Positions 47,153 to 56,577 of a stretch of DNA of 64,000 nt are shown one piece after another. The notes below the pieces were generated by a model. It was given only the letters and a program-made list of their open reading frames with translations. It was not told where the DNA came from and searched no databases. The stretch lies in the NCBI GenBank assembly GCA_017513085.1, contig JAFWDK010000019.1, positions 32,001 to 96,000 of the forward strand, given 5' to 3'. Position numbers and translations under genes: made by a program. The stretch is from Clostridiales bacterium. GTDB taxonomy: Bacteria; Bacillota; Clostridia; Saccharofermentanales; Saccharofermentanaceae. Position 1 is the stretch's first letter, and every line of letters starts with the position of its first letter.

Positions 47153-49261
47153 TCAGTTCGCACTGTTTCCGTTTGCGCTGCCGTTCGCACCTGTTCCACG
47201 CATCGCATCGAACACTTCTTTATCCGCAAAAGAAACCTTGACGGAACGGATAAAGTGATCGTTGGAATTGGTACGGAGCAAAAGGTTGATGATCGTCTCG
47301 GTGACCGGAGCGGTCTCCATCTGCGAAAATGCTTTTCGGATCGTCCATACCGCATCGAGTTCTTCCTGAGACATCAGGAGATCCTCACGACGTGTACCGG
47401 ATTTGTTGATATCGATAGCCGGGAAGATACGCTTCTCGGACAGTTTTCTGTCGAGATACACTTCCATGTTACCTGTACCCTTGAATTCCTCGAAAATAAC
47501 TTCGTCCATTCTCGATCCGGTCTCAATAAGAGAAGTCGCCACGATCGTAAGACTTCCGCCGTTTTCAATGTTTCGGGCCGCACCGAAGAAGCGCTTCGGT
47601 CCATAGAGAGATCCCGGATCCAGACCACCGGACAGTGTTCGGCCGGTCGGTGTGATCGTTAAGTTATATGCACGGGCAAGACGTGTCATGGAATCAAGCA
47701 GGATCACAACATCCTCACCCATCTCCACGAGACGCATAGCACGCTCGAGAACCAGTTCGGTAACACGTGTATGATTCTCCGGTTTCTTATCGAATGTGGA
47801 ATAGACAACTTCACCCTTGATGGAACGTTGCATATCCGTAACTTCCTCCGGACGCTCATCGATCAGAAGCACGATCAGTTTTGTCTTCGGGCTGTTCTGG
47901 GAGATCGCATTGGCGATCTTCTGCAAAAGAATCGTCTTACCTGCTTTCGGCGGGGAAACGATCATACCACGCTGACCTTTACCGATTGGTGAAACCAGGT
48001 CGATAATACGTGTGGACAGTTCCTGTTTACCGGTTTCCAGACGGAATCTTTCATTCGGATAGATCGGTGTCAATCTTTCGAAATGAGGACGCTTGCCCAG
48101 CTTATCCAATTCCACTCCGTTTACGGTAGTGATATAACTCAAAGCCAGATTCTTGTCCTGGTTCTTCTTCGGGAGTGCAAAACCCTGGATCTGGTCACCC
48201 ATACGAAGACCGAATCTTCTGATAATATTGTTCGGAACGAAAATATCCTGCGGCGAAGGCAGATAATTCTCTCTTCTTACAAAACCGTATCCACCTTCCG
48301 ACACGATCTCCAGCACTCCGATAAATTCGGTCGGCTCGATCTGCGGTCTGTTATTCTGTTCCGGACGGGATTCACCTTCCCCGTTTTCTCCATCTTCCAC
48401 AGTTGCACTTTCCGCGATCGGAGCAGATTCGCCTGCCGGGCGGATCTCTACGCTTCTATGACGTGATTTCTTATTCTTGGAAGGTTTCTCAGACGGCGTC
48501 GGCTTATTATCCTGTTTTTTCTCTTCTTTGTTTACGTCAGGAGCAACCTCTTCCGGCTTCTTTTCTTCCGGCTTCGGCTCGTCCTTCTTCTCGTCCTTCG
48601 GTTCTTCGGAAACCTTGTTCTCAGAAGCCGCTTCCTTGGTCTCTTTCTTCGTCTTTCGAGAACGGCCCTTGGAAGACTTTTCTTCTTTCTTATCTGCCTT
48701 ATCTGCCTTTTCCGAAACGACCGGCTCCGTCACTGCGGGTTCAGCCGCAACAGGAGTTTCCTCCTTATCTTTCGGTTCTTCTGTCTTCTTTCGGGAACGG
48801 CCTTTGCTCTTTGCAGCAGACGTATCCTTCTTAGGTGCCTCCTCTGCTTTCTTCTCAGATTCTGAAGATCCTTCACTGTTTTTCTCGATCAGTTCCTCAA
48901 TCGGCAGAGCCTCACTCTCCGTTTTCTTGGCAGCCTTCTTCGAAGCCGGTTTCTTCGCAGCCTTAGCGGGTTTCTCCGTCTTCGGTTTAGCTTCCTCTTT
49001 CTTCTCGACCGCGTCGGCTTTTTCTGCCTTCGCTGTTGTCTTTCTCGAAGTTGCCTTCTTTGTTGTCTTCGCAGCCTTCTCGGCCTTAGGCGGTTCTGCC
49101 GTCTGCTCGATCGCTTCAGACATCTTCTGTTCGCGATTCAAAAGATCGGCAAGCTGCTGCTGCGTCATTGCCTGCGCCTGTTCTTCCGTCACAAGGTGAA
49201 AGGTGACAGCGATGGTCGCAAGTGCTTCTTTACTCTTAGAAGAAAAATCGTCTTTTGACAC
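47153..49261 (-). CDS. rho: Transcription termination factor Rho with a long N-terminal low-complexity insertion
   Basis: [53 protein letters not shown]; GTG start. Confidence 0.97.
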   Translation of the reverse strand: MSKDDFSSKSKEALATIAVTFHLVTEEQAQAMTQQQLADLLNREQKMSEAIEQTAEPPKAEKAAKTTKKATSRKTTAKAEKADAVEKKEEAKPKTEKPAKAAKKPASKKAAKKTESEALPIEELIEKNSEGSSESEKKAEEAPKKDTSAAKSKGRSRKKTEEPKDKEETPVAAEPAVTEPVVSEKADKADKKEEKSSKGRSRKTKKETKEAASENKVSEEPKDEKKDEPKPEEKKPEEVAPDVNKEEKKQDNKPTPSEKPSKNKKSRHRSVEIRPAGESAPIAESATVEDGENGEGESRPEQNNRPQIEPTEFIGVLEIVSEGGYGFVRRENYLPSPQDIFVPNNIIRRFGLRMGDQIQGFALPKKNQDKNLALSYITTVNGVELDKLGKRPHFERLTPIYPNERFRLETGKQELSTRIIDLVSPIGKGQRGMIVSPPKAGKTILLQKIANAISQNSPKTKLIVLLIDERPEEVTDMQRSIKGEVVYSTFDKKPENHTRVTELVLERAMRLVEMGEDVVILLDSMTRLARAYNLTITPTGRTLSGGLDPGSLYGPKRFFGAARNIENGGSLTIVATSLIETGSRMDEVIFEEFKGTGNMEVYLDRKLSEKRIFPAIDINKSGTRREDLLMSQEELDAVWTIRKAFSQMETAPVTETIINLLLRTNSNDHFIRSVKVSFADKEVFDAMRGTGANGSANGNSAN

Positions 49262-49433
49262 AAAATTACCTCGTAAAAAATTGGAATCGGTTATGTTTGA
49301 ATATAGAAGGACACCCTTCTTATAAAATCATATGGATCAACACATCACATGAAAAAAAAGAATAATTACACCTCATCTGTATTCAACATGTCTGCAAATA
49401 CTGCAGAAAGAATACATCACTAAAACCGTTGTC

Positions 49434-49463
49434 ATTATATACGTAAAATCGAGAAATTGTCAA
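49434..49463 (-). promoter_or_regulatory. Consensus SigA promoter for rho
   Basis: TTGACA-18 nt-TATAAT on the minus strand. Confidence 0.7.
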
Positions 49464-49489
49464 CTTAAAATCCACACTCGGCCACAAAG

Positions 49490-49518
49490 AAAAAAACTGC
49501 CCCGAAAGGGACAGTTTC
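49490..49518 (-). terminator. Intrinsic terminator after the mreB-like gene
   Basis: AAACTGTCCC-tttc-GGGGCAGTTT followed by a T run on the minus strand. Confidence 0.8.
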
Positions 49519-49546
49519 GAATAATCGTAATCAGACTCATCAAGGA

Positions 49547-50557
49547 TCAGGTATCACCCAAAGCGGCGAACTTATCCATCATGCTCAAAGCCTTACCTGT
49601 TCCGATGGCTACACAGCTGACCGTATCTTCTGCAACATACACATCGATACCGATCTTTGTGGCCAGCATGCGGTCAAGACCATAAAGCAGCGCACCGCCA
49701 CCGGTCATAACGATACCACGTTGTGAGATATCCGCCATAAGCTCCGGCGGAGTTCTCTCAAGAACAGAGTGTACTGCATCAAAGATGGCAGCAACCGGTT
49801 CTTCGAGCGCTTCGAGCATCTCGGTGGAAGAAACCGTAACAGTCGCCGGAAGACCGGTGATCAGGTTACGTCCACGTACATCCATTGTCATTTCTTCTTC
49901 TCTCGGATACGCGCATCCGATATTGATCTTCAGCTCTTCTGCCGTCTTCTCACCAATGAGGACATTGTGTTTACGGCGGACGTGCTTGACGATTGCTTCA
50001 TCGAACTTATCACCGGCAACCTTCAAGGAAAAGTCAACTACCGGCTCGCAAAGAGAGATCACCGCGATATCTGTCGTACCACCACCGATATCAACGATCA
50101 TGGAACCGCAAGCTTTCGTAATATCGATACCTGCGCCAATGGCGGCAGCAATCGGTTCACGGATCAGGAATACGTCTTTCGCGCCGGCATGACGGCAAGC
50201 ATCTTCTACGGCTTTCTGCTCAACCGGTGTGATCACAGACGGTACGCATACAACGATCGTCGGACGGAAATATGTCGCACGGATACCCTGACAGACACGA
50301 CCGATAAATGCCTTCAGCATGACCTCGGTAACCTTAAAGTCAGAAATAACGCCATCACGCAGAGGACGGATGGCTTCTACGACACCCGGTGTACGTCCAA
50401 GCATCAGGCTGGCGCTCTCACCAACCGCAAGAACGGTTCCGGTTTTTGTATTGACGGCAACTACGGATGGTTCCTTGAGAACAACACCCTTACCGCGAAC
50501 ATAGATCAAAACACTACTCGTGCCTAAATCGATACCAATATCTAATCCTAAGCCCAT
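49547..50557 (-). CDS. mreB: Rod shape-determining actin homolog (MreB/Mbl)
   Basis: IGIDLGT, EPSVVA, PLRDGVISDF, EPIAAAIGAG, DIGGGTTD, TGGGALL; stand-alone location suggests an Mbl-type paralog. Confidence 0.9.
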   Translation of the reverse strand: MGLGLDIGIDLGTSSVLIYVRGKGVVLKEPSVVAVNTKTGTVLAVGESASLMLGRTPGVVEAIRPLRDGVISDFKVTEVMLKAFIGRVCQGIRATYFRPTIVVCVPSVITPVEQKAVEDACRHAGAKDVFLIREPIAAAIGAGIDITKACGSMIVDIGGGTTDIAVISLCEPVVDFSLKVAGDKFDEAIVKHVRRKHNVLIGEKTAEELKINIGCAYPREEEMTMDVRGRNLITGLPATVTVSSTEMLEALEEPVAAIFDAVHSVLERTPPELMADISQRGIVMTGGGALLYGLDRMLATKIGIDVYVAEDTVSCVAIGTGKALSMMDKFAALGDT

Positions 50558-50694
50558 ATTATCAACACCTCGAATATAAGAAAATACGCCTTGCGTATTG
50601 TTATGCACACAAATAAGCACGTTAATGATACAATAAAAGCACATATCTTTCAATGTTGCTTGTTTGCATTCATTTTACAAATCGGAGTTAAATT

Positions 50695-51543
50695 GTGAAG
50701 AAGTTATTGGCATATTTATTCATGATTTGCGGACTCGGCGCCTACTATTTCAGTTGGGCAATCACTCCCTCCGTGCAGTTTTTCCTTGAGATCCTTGGAT
50801 ATATCGCCATGCCGTTTTTTGCCCAGGCAGTCGTGGAAGGTTTTTTTCTTACCAAAAACGTGTACATGTACTTTGTAAGACTTTCCCTGATCGCCTATCT
50901 TACACAGCTTTCCTATTTTCTGGTCTATCTTCTGTGGCCGTCGACGCAGTATCCTTCCAAAATGAACATCGTCTTTTCCTGGATGCTCTCCCTGACTCTT
51001 CTCATCGCCCTGGAACTTCTGATCTCCCTTCCCCGCGACCGCATCGCGTCCATGAATCTTTTAAATGCCAATCCGGTCACGAATTCCACCCGATATGACG
51101 TCATCATCACCAGCGAAGAGGCCAACAATCTGCCCCGCGGTCTGAAAGTCCCGAAATGGCCGAAATCCACATTTTATGCTATCGCGCTGGTACTCCTGTC
51201 CATGTGCCTGATCCTCACCACATTTCTCCCTTTGACGATGTCCATGCTTTCCTTGTTCTGTGTGATCGTTTTCTATCTTCTCCACCGATGGAAACTCCAA
51301 TCCCGCATTCTCATCGCAACGATCGTTTTCAGTGCTTTTGCCGCATCCTACACATACATGCACTATCGTCTCACCGGAACGATTTCATGGGAGTGGACCT
51401 CGCTTGCCGGATTCCTGCTTTGCCTCCTTATCCCCGAAAAGCGCCGGAAAAAGCCTCGCTGGTTCTACCGGGCGCTTTATCTTCTGTTCCCGCTTTGCAA
51501 TCTGGTCTTCGCGACGCTTTCCGCGGTTTTATCGCATGCATAA
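50695..51543 (+). CDS. TraX-like integral membrane protein
   Basis: LGYIAMPFFAQAVVEGF..TKN...YFVRL..IA..TQ resembles the TraX GR.AFP.F...LVEGF..T...Y..RL pattern. Confidence 0.6.
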   Translation: MKKLLAYLFMICGLGAYYFSWAITPSVQFFLEILGYIAMPFFAQAVVEGFFLTKNVYMYFVRLSLIAYLTQLSYFLVYLLWPSTQYPSKMNIVFSWMLSLTLLIALELLISLPRDRIASMNLLNANPVTNSTRYDVIITSEEANNLPRGLKVPKWPKSTFYAIALVLLSMCLILTTFLPLTMSMLSLFCVIVFYLLHRWKLQSRILIATIVFSAFAASYTYMHYRLTGTISWEWTSLAGFLLCLLIPEKRRKKPRWFYRALYLLFPLCNLVFATLSAVLSHA

Positions 51544-51673
51544 GCCTTAGAAAAAACACTTTGGCGACGTTCTTTGGTGTTCCTCGCCGATAAGTTTCAA
51601 AAATATAAGACGAGCCCTGTAAAATCTGGTATAATGACTGTTTGTAAGTTTCTATATAAAGAGAGGTATGCAT

Positions 51674-54148
51674 ATGGCGTATTCAACAGACATTGACCGT
51701 AAATGGCAGCAAAAGTGGGAGGAAACCAAGCTTTACAAGTTTGACCCGAACAAGAAGGGCGAGAAACTATACGTCCTGGAGATGTTCTCTTATCCGAGTG
51801 CAGCCAACCTACACCTTGGTCACTGGTACAATTACTCTCTTACCGATTCCTGGTCCCGTATGAAGCGTATGCAAGGCTTTAACGTGTTCCATCCGATGGG
51901 TTTTGACTCTTTCGGTCTTCCGGCTGAAAACTATGCCATCAAGACAGGTATTCACCCGAAGGACTCCACACTCCACAATATCGAGATCATGGAGAAGCAG
52001 TTAAAGGCCATGGGTGCCACCTATGACTGGGATTATGAGATCGCAACATGTAAACCGGAATACTATAAGTGGAATCAGTGGATCTTTCTCCGTCTTTTGG
52101 AGAAAGGACTGGCCTACCGAAAGAATGCGCCGGTCAACTGGTGTCCGCAGTGCAATACTGTTCTGGCCAATGAGCAGGTCATCGATGGCGCCTGCGAGCG
52201 TTGCCATACCGAGGTTGAGCACAAGAACATGACGCAGTGGTTCTTTAAGATCACTGCCTATGCCCAGGAACTCCTCGACTGCCTGCCGCAGCTCGACTGG
52301 CCGGAAAAGACCAAGAAGATCCAGACCAACTGGATCGGTCGTTCAGAAGGTACACAGATCTCCTTCCTTTGCGAAAAGAACGGTGAGCGTCTGAAGGACG
52401 AAAACGGAGAGGATCTGAAGCTTTCCGTATTTACGACACGTGCGGATACACTGATGGGCGTATCCTATGTGGTCGTTGCACCGGAGTCTCCTCTCTGCAC
52501 ACTTCTGACAACTGATGAGTGCCGTGAAAAGGTTGAAGAGTATCAGGCATTTACGAAGAAAGCAACAGACATCGACCGTATGTCCACCACACGTGAAAAG
52601 ACCGGTGTATTCACAGGTTCCTACGCGATCCATCCGATCACCGGCAAGGCGGTTCCGATCTGGGCTTCCGACTATGTTATCGCAACATACGGCACAGGTG
52701 TCGTTATGGCGGTTCCTGCTCACGACGAGCGTGACTTCGAATTCGCAAAGAAGTTCGGTCTTCCGATCCAGCGTGTCATCGCATCGGCTCCGGATGCAGA
52801 GGATGAACTTCCATTCATTGAAAAAGGCGTCCTGGTCAACTCGGGCGAATTTGACGGCCTGAACTTCAAAACAGCGATCGATGCTATCATTGAAAAGCTT
52901 AAGCCGCAGGGCATGGCGGAAAGAAAGATCAACTATCGTCTCCGTGACTGGCTGATCTCCCGTCAGCGTTACTGGGGCACACCGATCCCGGTCGTTCACT
53001 GCGAAAAGTGCGGTGTTGTTCCGGTACCGGACGACCAGCTTCCTGTTCTTCTCCCGTACGACGTAGAATTCCGTCCGGATGGAGAATCTCCGCTTGCCAA
53101 GTGCGCAGAATTCATGAATACCACTTGTCCGAAGTGCGGTGCTCCGGCTAAGCGTGATCCGGATACCATGGATACATTCGTAGACTCTTCCTGGTATCAG
53201 CTCCGTTATCCGGACAACAAGAACGACAAGGAACCCTTCAACAGAGAACTCATCGACAAGATGTGTCCGGTCGACAAATACGTCGGTGGTCCGGAACATG
53301 CCGCCATGCATCTTCTGTATACACGATTCTTCTGCAAGGCGCTCCGTGATATGGGTTACCTCGATTTCGACGAACCGTTCACTTCTCTTGTACATCAGGG
53401 AATCATCCTCGGGCCTGACGGAAACCGCATGAGTAAGTCCCGCGGTAACACAGTCGCTCCGGATCCGTATATCCAGAAGTATGGTTCTGACGTATTCCGT
53501 ACCTATCTTGCATTCGGTTTCGCTTATACTGATGGTGGTCCGTGGAGCGAGAGCGGTCTTCAGGCTATCGTGAAGTTCACCGGACGTATCGACCGTCTCG
53601 TAGAAGAGATCAGTCAGATCGCTAAGGGACAGGCATTGCCGACAGAGTATTCCGATGAGGATAAGGCTCTTCTCTACAGTCTGAACTACACCATCAAGGC
53701 GGTTACTACAGACACGGAGAAATTCCAGTTCAATACTTCCATCGCACGTCTTATGGAACTGTTGACGGCAATCGGCAAATACCAGAGCGCGCCTAACAAG
53801 AACGATGCTCTTCTTCGTTCCACAGTAGAAACATTCCTGCTTCTCTATGCACCTTATGCTCCACACTTTACCGAAGAACTCTGGGAGAGAATGGGCAACG
53901 AGTATTCCATCTTCAACCAGGCTTGGCCGGTATGCGATGAGAGCAAACTCGTAAAAGATACCATCGAGATCGCCGTACAGATCAACGGACAGGTCAAGTT
54001 CAAGGTAAACATCAGCCCGGATGCAACCCAGGAAGATGTTGAGAAGATCGTTAAGGAAGATTCTCATCTTGAGCCGGCGCTCGCAGGAAGAAATATCGTA
54101 AAGTTCATTTACGTAAAAGGAAGACTGGCAAACATCGTCGCAAAGTGA
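51674..54148 (+). CDS. leuS: Leucine--tRNA ligase
   Basis: [49 protein letters not shown]. Confidence 0.98.
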   Translation: MAYSTDIDRKWQQKWEETKLYKFDPNKKGEKLYVLEMFSYPSAANLHLGHWYNYSLTDSWSRMKRMQGFNVFHPMGFDSFGLPAENYAIKTGIHPKDSTLHNIEIMEKQLKAMGATYDWDYEIATCKPEYYKWNQWIFLRLLEKGLAYRKNAPVNWCPQCNTVLANEQVIDGACERCHTEVEHKNMTQWFFKITAYAQELLDCLPQLDWPEKTKKIQTNWIGRSEGTQISFLCEKNGERLKDENGEDLKLSVFTTRADTLMGVSYVVVAPESPLCTLLTTDECREKVEEYQAFTKKATDIDRMSTTREKTGVFTGSYAIHPITGKAVPIWASDYVIATYGTGVVMAVPAHDERDFEFAKKFGLPIQRVIASAPDAEDELPFIEKGVLVNSGEFDGLNFKTAIDAIIEKLKPQGMAERKINYRLRDWLISRQRYWGTPIPVVHCEKCGVVPVPDDQLPVLLPYDVEFRPDGESPLAKCAEFMNTTCPKCGAPAKRDPDTMDTFVDSSWYQLRYPDNKNDKEPFNRELIDKMCPVDKYVGGPEHAAMHLLYTRFFCKALRDMGYLDFDEPFTSLVHQGIILGPDGNRMSKSRGNTVAPDPYIQKYGSDVFRTYLAFGFAYTDGGPWSESGLQAIVKFTGRIDRLVEEISQIAKGQALPTEYSDEDKALLYSLNYTIKAVTTDTEKFQFNTSIARLMELLTAIGKYQSAPNKNDALLRSTVETFLLLYAPYAPHFTEELWERMGNEYSIFNQAWPVCDESKLVKDTIEIAVQINGQVKFKVNISPDATQEDVEKIVKEDSHLEPALAGRNIVKFIYVKGRLANIVAK

Positions 54149-54173
54149 CATACATCCGTCTGACGGAGGAAAC

Positions 54174-55298
54174 ATGAGTTTTCGAGGCAAGCTTTTTTCG
54201 AAGAAGAACACCTATGATCTCGAGTCAACGAACGAGTTGTTCCTTCACGCCATGAAAGAAAACTGTGCATTTCATTATGCTCACTGCGAAGAATACAGAA
54301 AAGTGTTAGATGGCGAGGGTTTTTCTCCGGAAAACCTCGCCTCTTTTTCTGACCTGTCGAAACTTCCTTTCCTTCCGACTTTATTTTTCAAGAAGCATCA
54401 CGTTTATTCTCTACCGAAATACAGATTGCCGGTCAAGGTCACCTCGTCAGGCACAAGCGGTCATTTCAGCCGCATCGGATTTGCATGGAGTGAACTCTGG
54501 TATGCGCTCAAGATGGCGATTCGTGTCGTGAATAAGCGGCATCTCGTTTCTCTTCGTCCATGCAATTATATCGTCTTCGGATATAAGCCTAACCGGCACA
54601 ACAAGACCGGTGTCACAAAAACCGCATTTATCACGACGCTTCTTGCGCCCGCACTTCATCGGACCTATGCGCTGAAGTATAAAGACGGCAAATACGAGCC
54701 GGATCTGGAAAGCGTGATCCGTGCTATCGAGAAATATGCGAAAAAGAAAACTCCGGTCCGCTTCATGGGTTTTCCTTCTTACACCACATTCGTGATGCAG
54801 ATGATGGAGGAAAGAAAGATATTCGTCAAACTCCCGAAGGGATCTAAGATCATGCTGGCGGGAGGCTGGAAGCAGTTTTATACCGAGGAGGTCGAAAAGA
54901 GTATCTTCTACGATCTGGCCAAGAGAGTCCTTGGTGTATCTGACGAGGATATCGTCGAGTTCTTCGGGGCCGTCGAGCACCCGATCCTCTATTGCGACTG
55001 CAAGAACCATCACTTTCATGTACCGGTCTATGGCCGCGTCCTGATCCGTGACGTGAATACACTTGAGCCGGTTTCATATGGCACGCCGGGTCTGGTGAAT
55101 CTGCTGACTCCTCTGGTTAAGGGCACACCACTCACCAGTGTCATGACAGATGACCTGGGCATCCTTCACGACGGAACAAACTGCGGATGCGGTCAAACCT
55201 CTCCGTATCTCGAGATCCTCGGGCGAGTCGGTCTCAAAGATATCAAGACCTGCGCCGCCGGTGCAGCAGAGTATCTGAACAAAGGAGATTTGAAATGA
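54174..55298 (+). CDS. LuxE-like acyl-protein synthetase
   Basis: LPFLPTLFFK, TSSGTSG, GFP, GGWK, FGAVEHP, HVP, TDDLG, GR......TCA (C-terminal Cys). Confidence 0.88.
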   Translation: MSFRGKLFSKKNTYDLESTNELFLHAMKENCAFHYAHCEEYRKVLDGEGFSPENLASFSDLSKLPFLPTLFFKKHHVYSLPKYRLPVKVTSSGTSGHFSRIGFAWSELWYALKMAIRVVNKRHLVSLRPCNYIVFGYKPNRHNKTGVTKTAFITTLLAPALHRTYALKYKDGKYEPDLESVIRAIEKYAKKKTPVRFMGFPSYTTFVMQMMEERKIFVKLPKGSKIMLAGGWKQFYTEEVEKSIFYDLAKRVLGVSDEDIVEFFGAVEHPILYCDCKNHHFHVPVYGRVLIRDVNTLEPVSYGTPGLVNLLTPLVKGTPLTSVMTDDLGILHDGTNCGCGQTSPYLEILGRVGLKDIKTCAAGAAEYLNKGDLK

Positions 55299-56569
55299 TC
55301 CTGGCAAATGGAAATCTCTACGAAACCAACGAACAAAACCGGATCCTTTCGGACCTTTCTTCCAAGCTGACGGACACACTCCTTCATCAGGAACTGGACA
55401 GACAGACCGTGATCCGTGCTTTTGATGAAATCAGCACACGGCTTGCCAGTGGAGAATTTGAGTCTCTCCTCAGCGAACTGGATCCGGATTCCACTTCTCT
55501 TTATATGGATCAGATCGTCCGCATGATGAGTCGCGATTATCTGGAAAAGAAAGCGGAGATCGAGTTTCATGGTGTGCGCAACGATAACTCGAAGATCGCA
55601 ACCAAAGAAGTGCCGCTTGGCGTCGTATTTCATATAGCTGCCGGCAACATGGATGTTCTTCCGATCGCAAGTATCGGAGAGGGGCTTCTCGCCGGAAACA
55701 TTAATATCCTGAAGCTTCCCAGTGTGGACAAAGGACTTACGATCCGTGCGCTGAAAATGCTGGTAGATGCCGAGCCCAGGCTAAAAGACTTCATCTATGT
55801 TTTTGATACTCCTTCCTCGGATATCGCTACGATCAAGAAGCTCGCGGATCTGTCCGACGGAATCGCCGTCTGGGGCGGAGACGAAGTGATCTCGGCGGTA
55901 AGATCCTTCTCCAAGCCGGGTACACGCCTGATCGAATGGGGACACAAACTCGGATTCGCTTATATCTCCGGTTACGAAAATGAGGAAAGCGAGCTTTCTG
56001 ATCTGGCCGGACATATCCTGATGACACGCCAGCTTCTTTGCAGTTCGTGTCAGATCATATATATCGACACCGATCAATATAATGAAGCAGTCGCTTTTGC
56101 AAAGAAATTTCTTCCATATATGGAGAGTGCTTTTGCCGAATATCCGATACGGGAGATCGGCGGCGTTGCGGAATTGACTCTTCGCAGATACGAAGAGAGG
56201 ATCGAGAAGCACCTTCGCGCCGAAAACGATGCGTCGTCAGACGAGACACGCTTTCAAGGCACGCACACAAGCATCACCGTCAAGACAGATCCAACCCTTG
56301 AATTATCTTACATGTACGGAAATGTGATCGTGAAGCCTCTCCCCGCTTCCGCGCTTCCTGAAACACTCCGCAACAGTAAAGGTTATCTTCAGACAGCAGG
56401 ATTGATCTGCGATCCTGACAAGCGGGAAACTCTGACACGTCTGCTGACAAGTTGCGGTGTCCAACGCGTGACGCGCGCCGGACATATGTCGAGTCTTTTT
56501 GAAGGCGAAGCACACGATGGTGAATACGCACTCGCGCGGTACAGCCGCTTTATCAATATCGAGAAATAA
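55295..56569 (+). CDS. LuxC-like acyl-CoA/acyl-protein reductase
   Basis: PLGVVFHIAAGN, NILKLPS, WGG, EWGHKLGF, QLLCSS, HDG; ATGA overlap with the luxE-like gene. Confidence 0.88.
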   Translation: MILANGNLYETNEQNRILSDLSSKLTDTLLHQELDRQTVIRAFDEISTRLASGEFESLLSELDPDSTSLYMDQIVRMMSRDYLEKKAEIEFHGVRNDNSKIATKEVPLGVVFHIAAGNMDVLPIASIGEGLLAGNINILKLPSVDKGLTIRALKMLVDAEPRLKDFIYVFDTPSSDIATIKKLADLSDGIAVWGGDEVISAVRSFSKPGTRLIEWGHKLGFAYISGYENEESELSDLAGHILMTRQLLCSSCQIIYIDTDQYNEAVAFAKKFLPYMESAFAEYPIREIGGVAELTLRRYEERIEKHLRAENDASSDETRFQGTHTSITVKTDPTLELSYMYGNVIVKPLPASALPETLRNSKGYLQTAGLICDPDKRETLTRLLTSCGVQRVTRAGHMSSLFEGEAHDGEYALARYSRFINIEK

Positions 56570-56577
56570 TAGACGGA

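Noticed and set aside
49262-49430. rho leader as a Rho-dependent autoregulatory attenuator
   Set aside because: The leader is AU-rich and C-poor, unlike a rut site; no supporting sequence evidence.
52343-54211. 622-aa ORF antisense to leuS
   Set aside because: Shadow frame of a codon-biased gene; no recognisable motifs or evident RBS.
54174-56569. Bioluminescence operon
   Set aside because: No luxA/luxB/luxD in the window.
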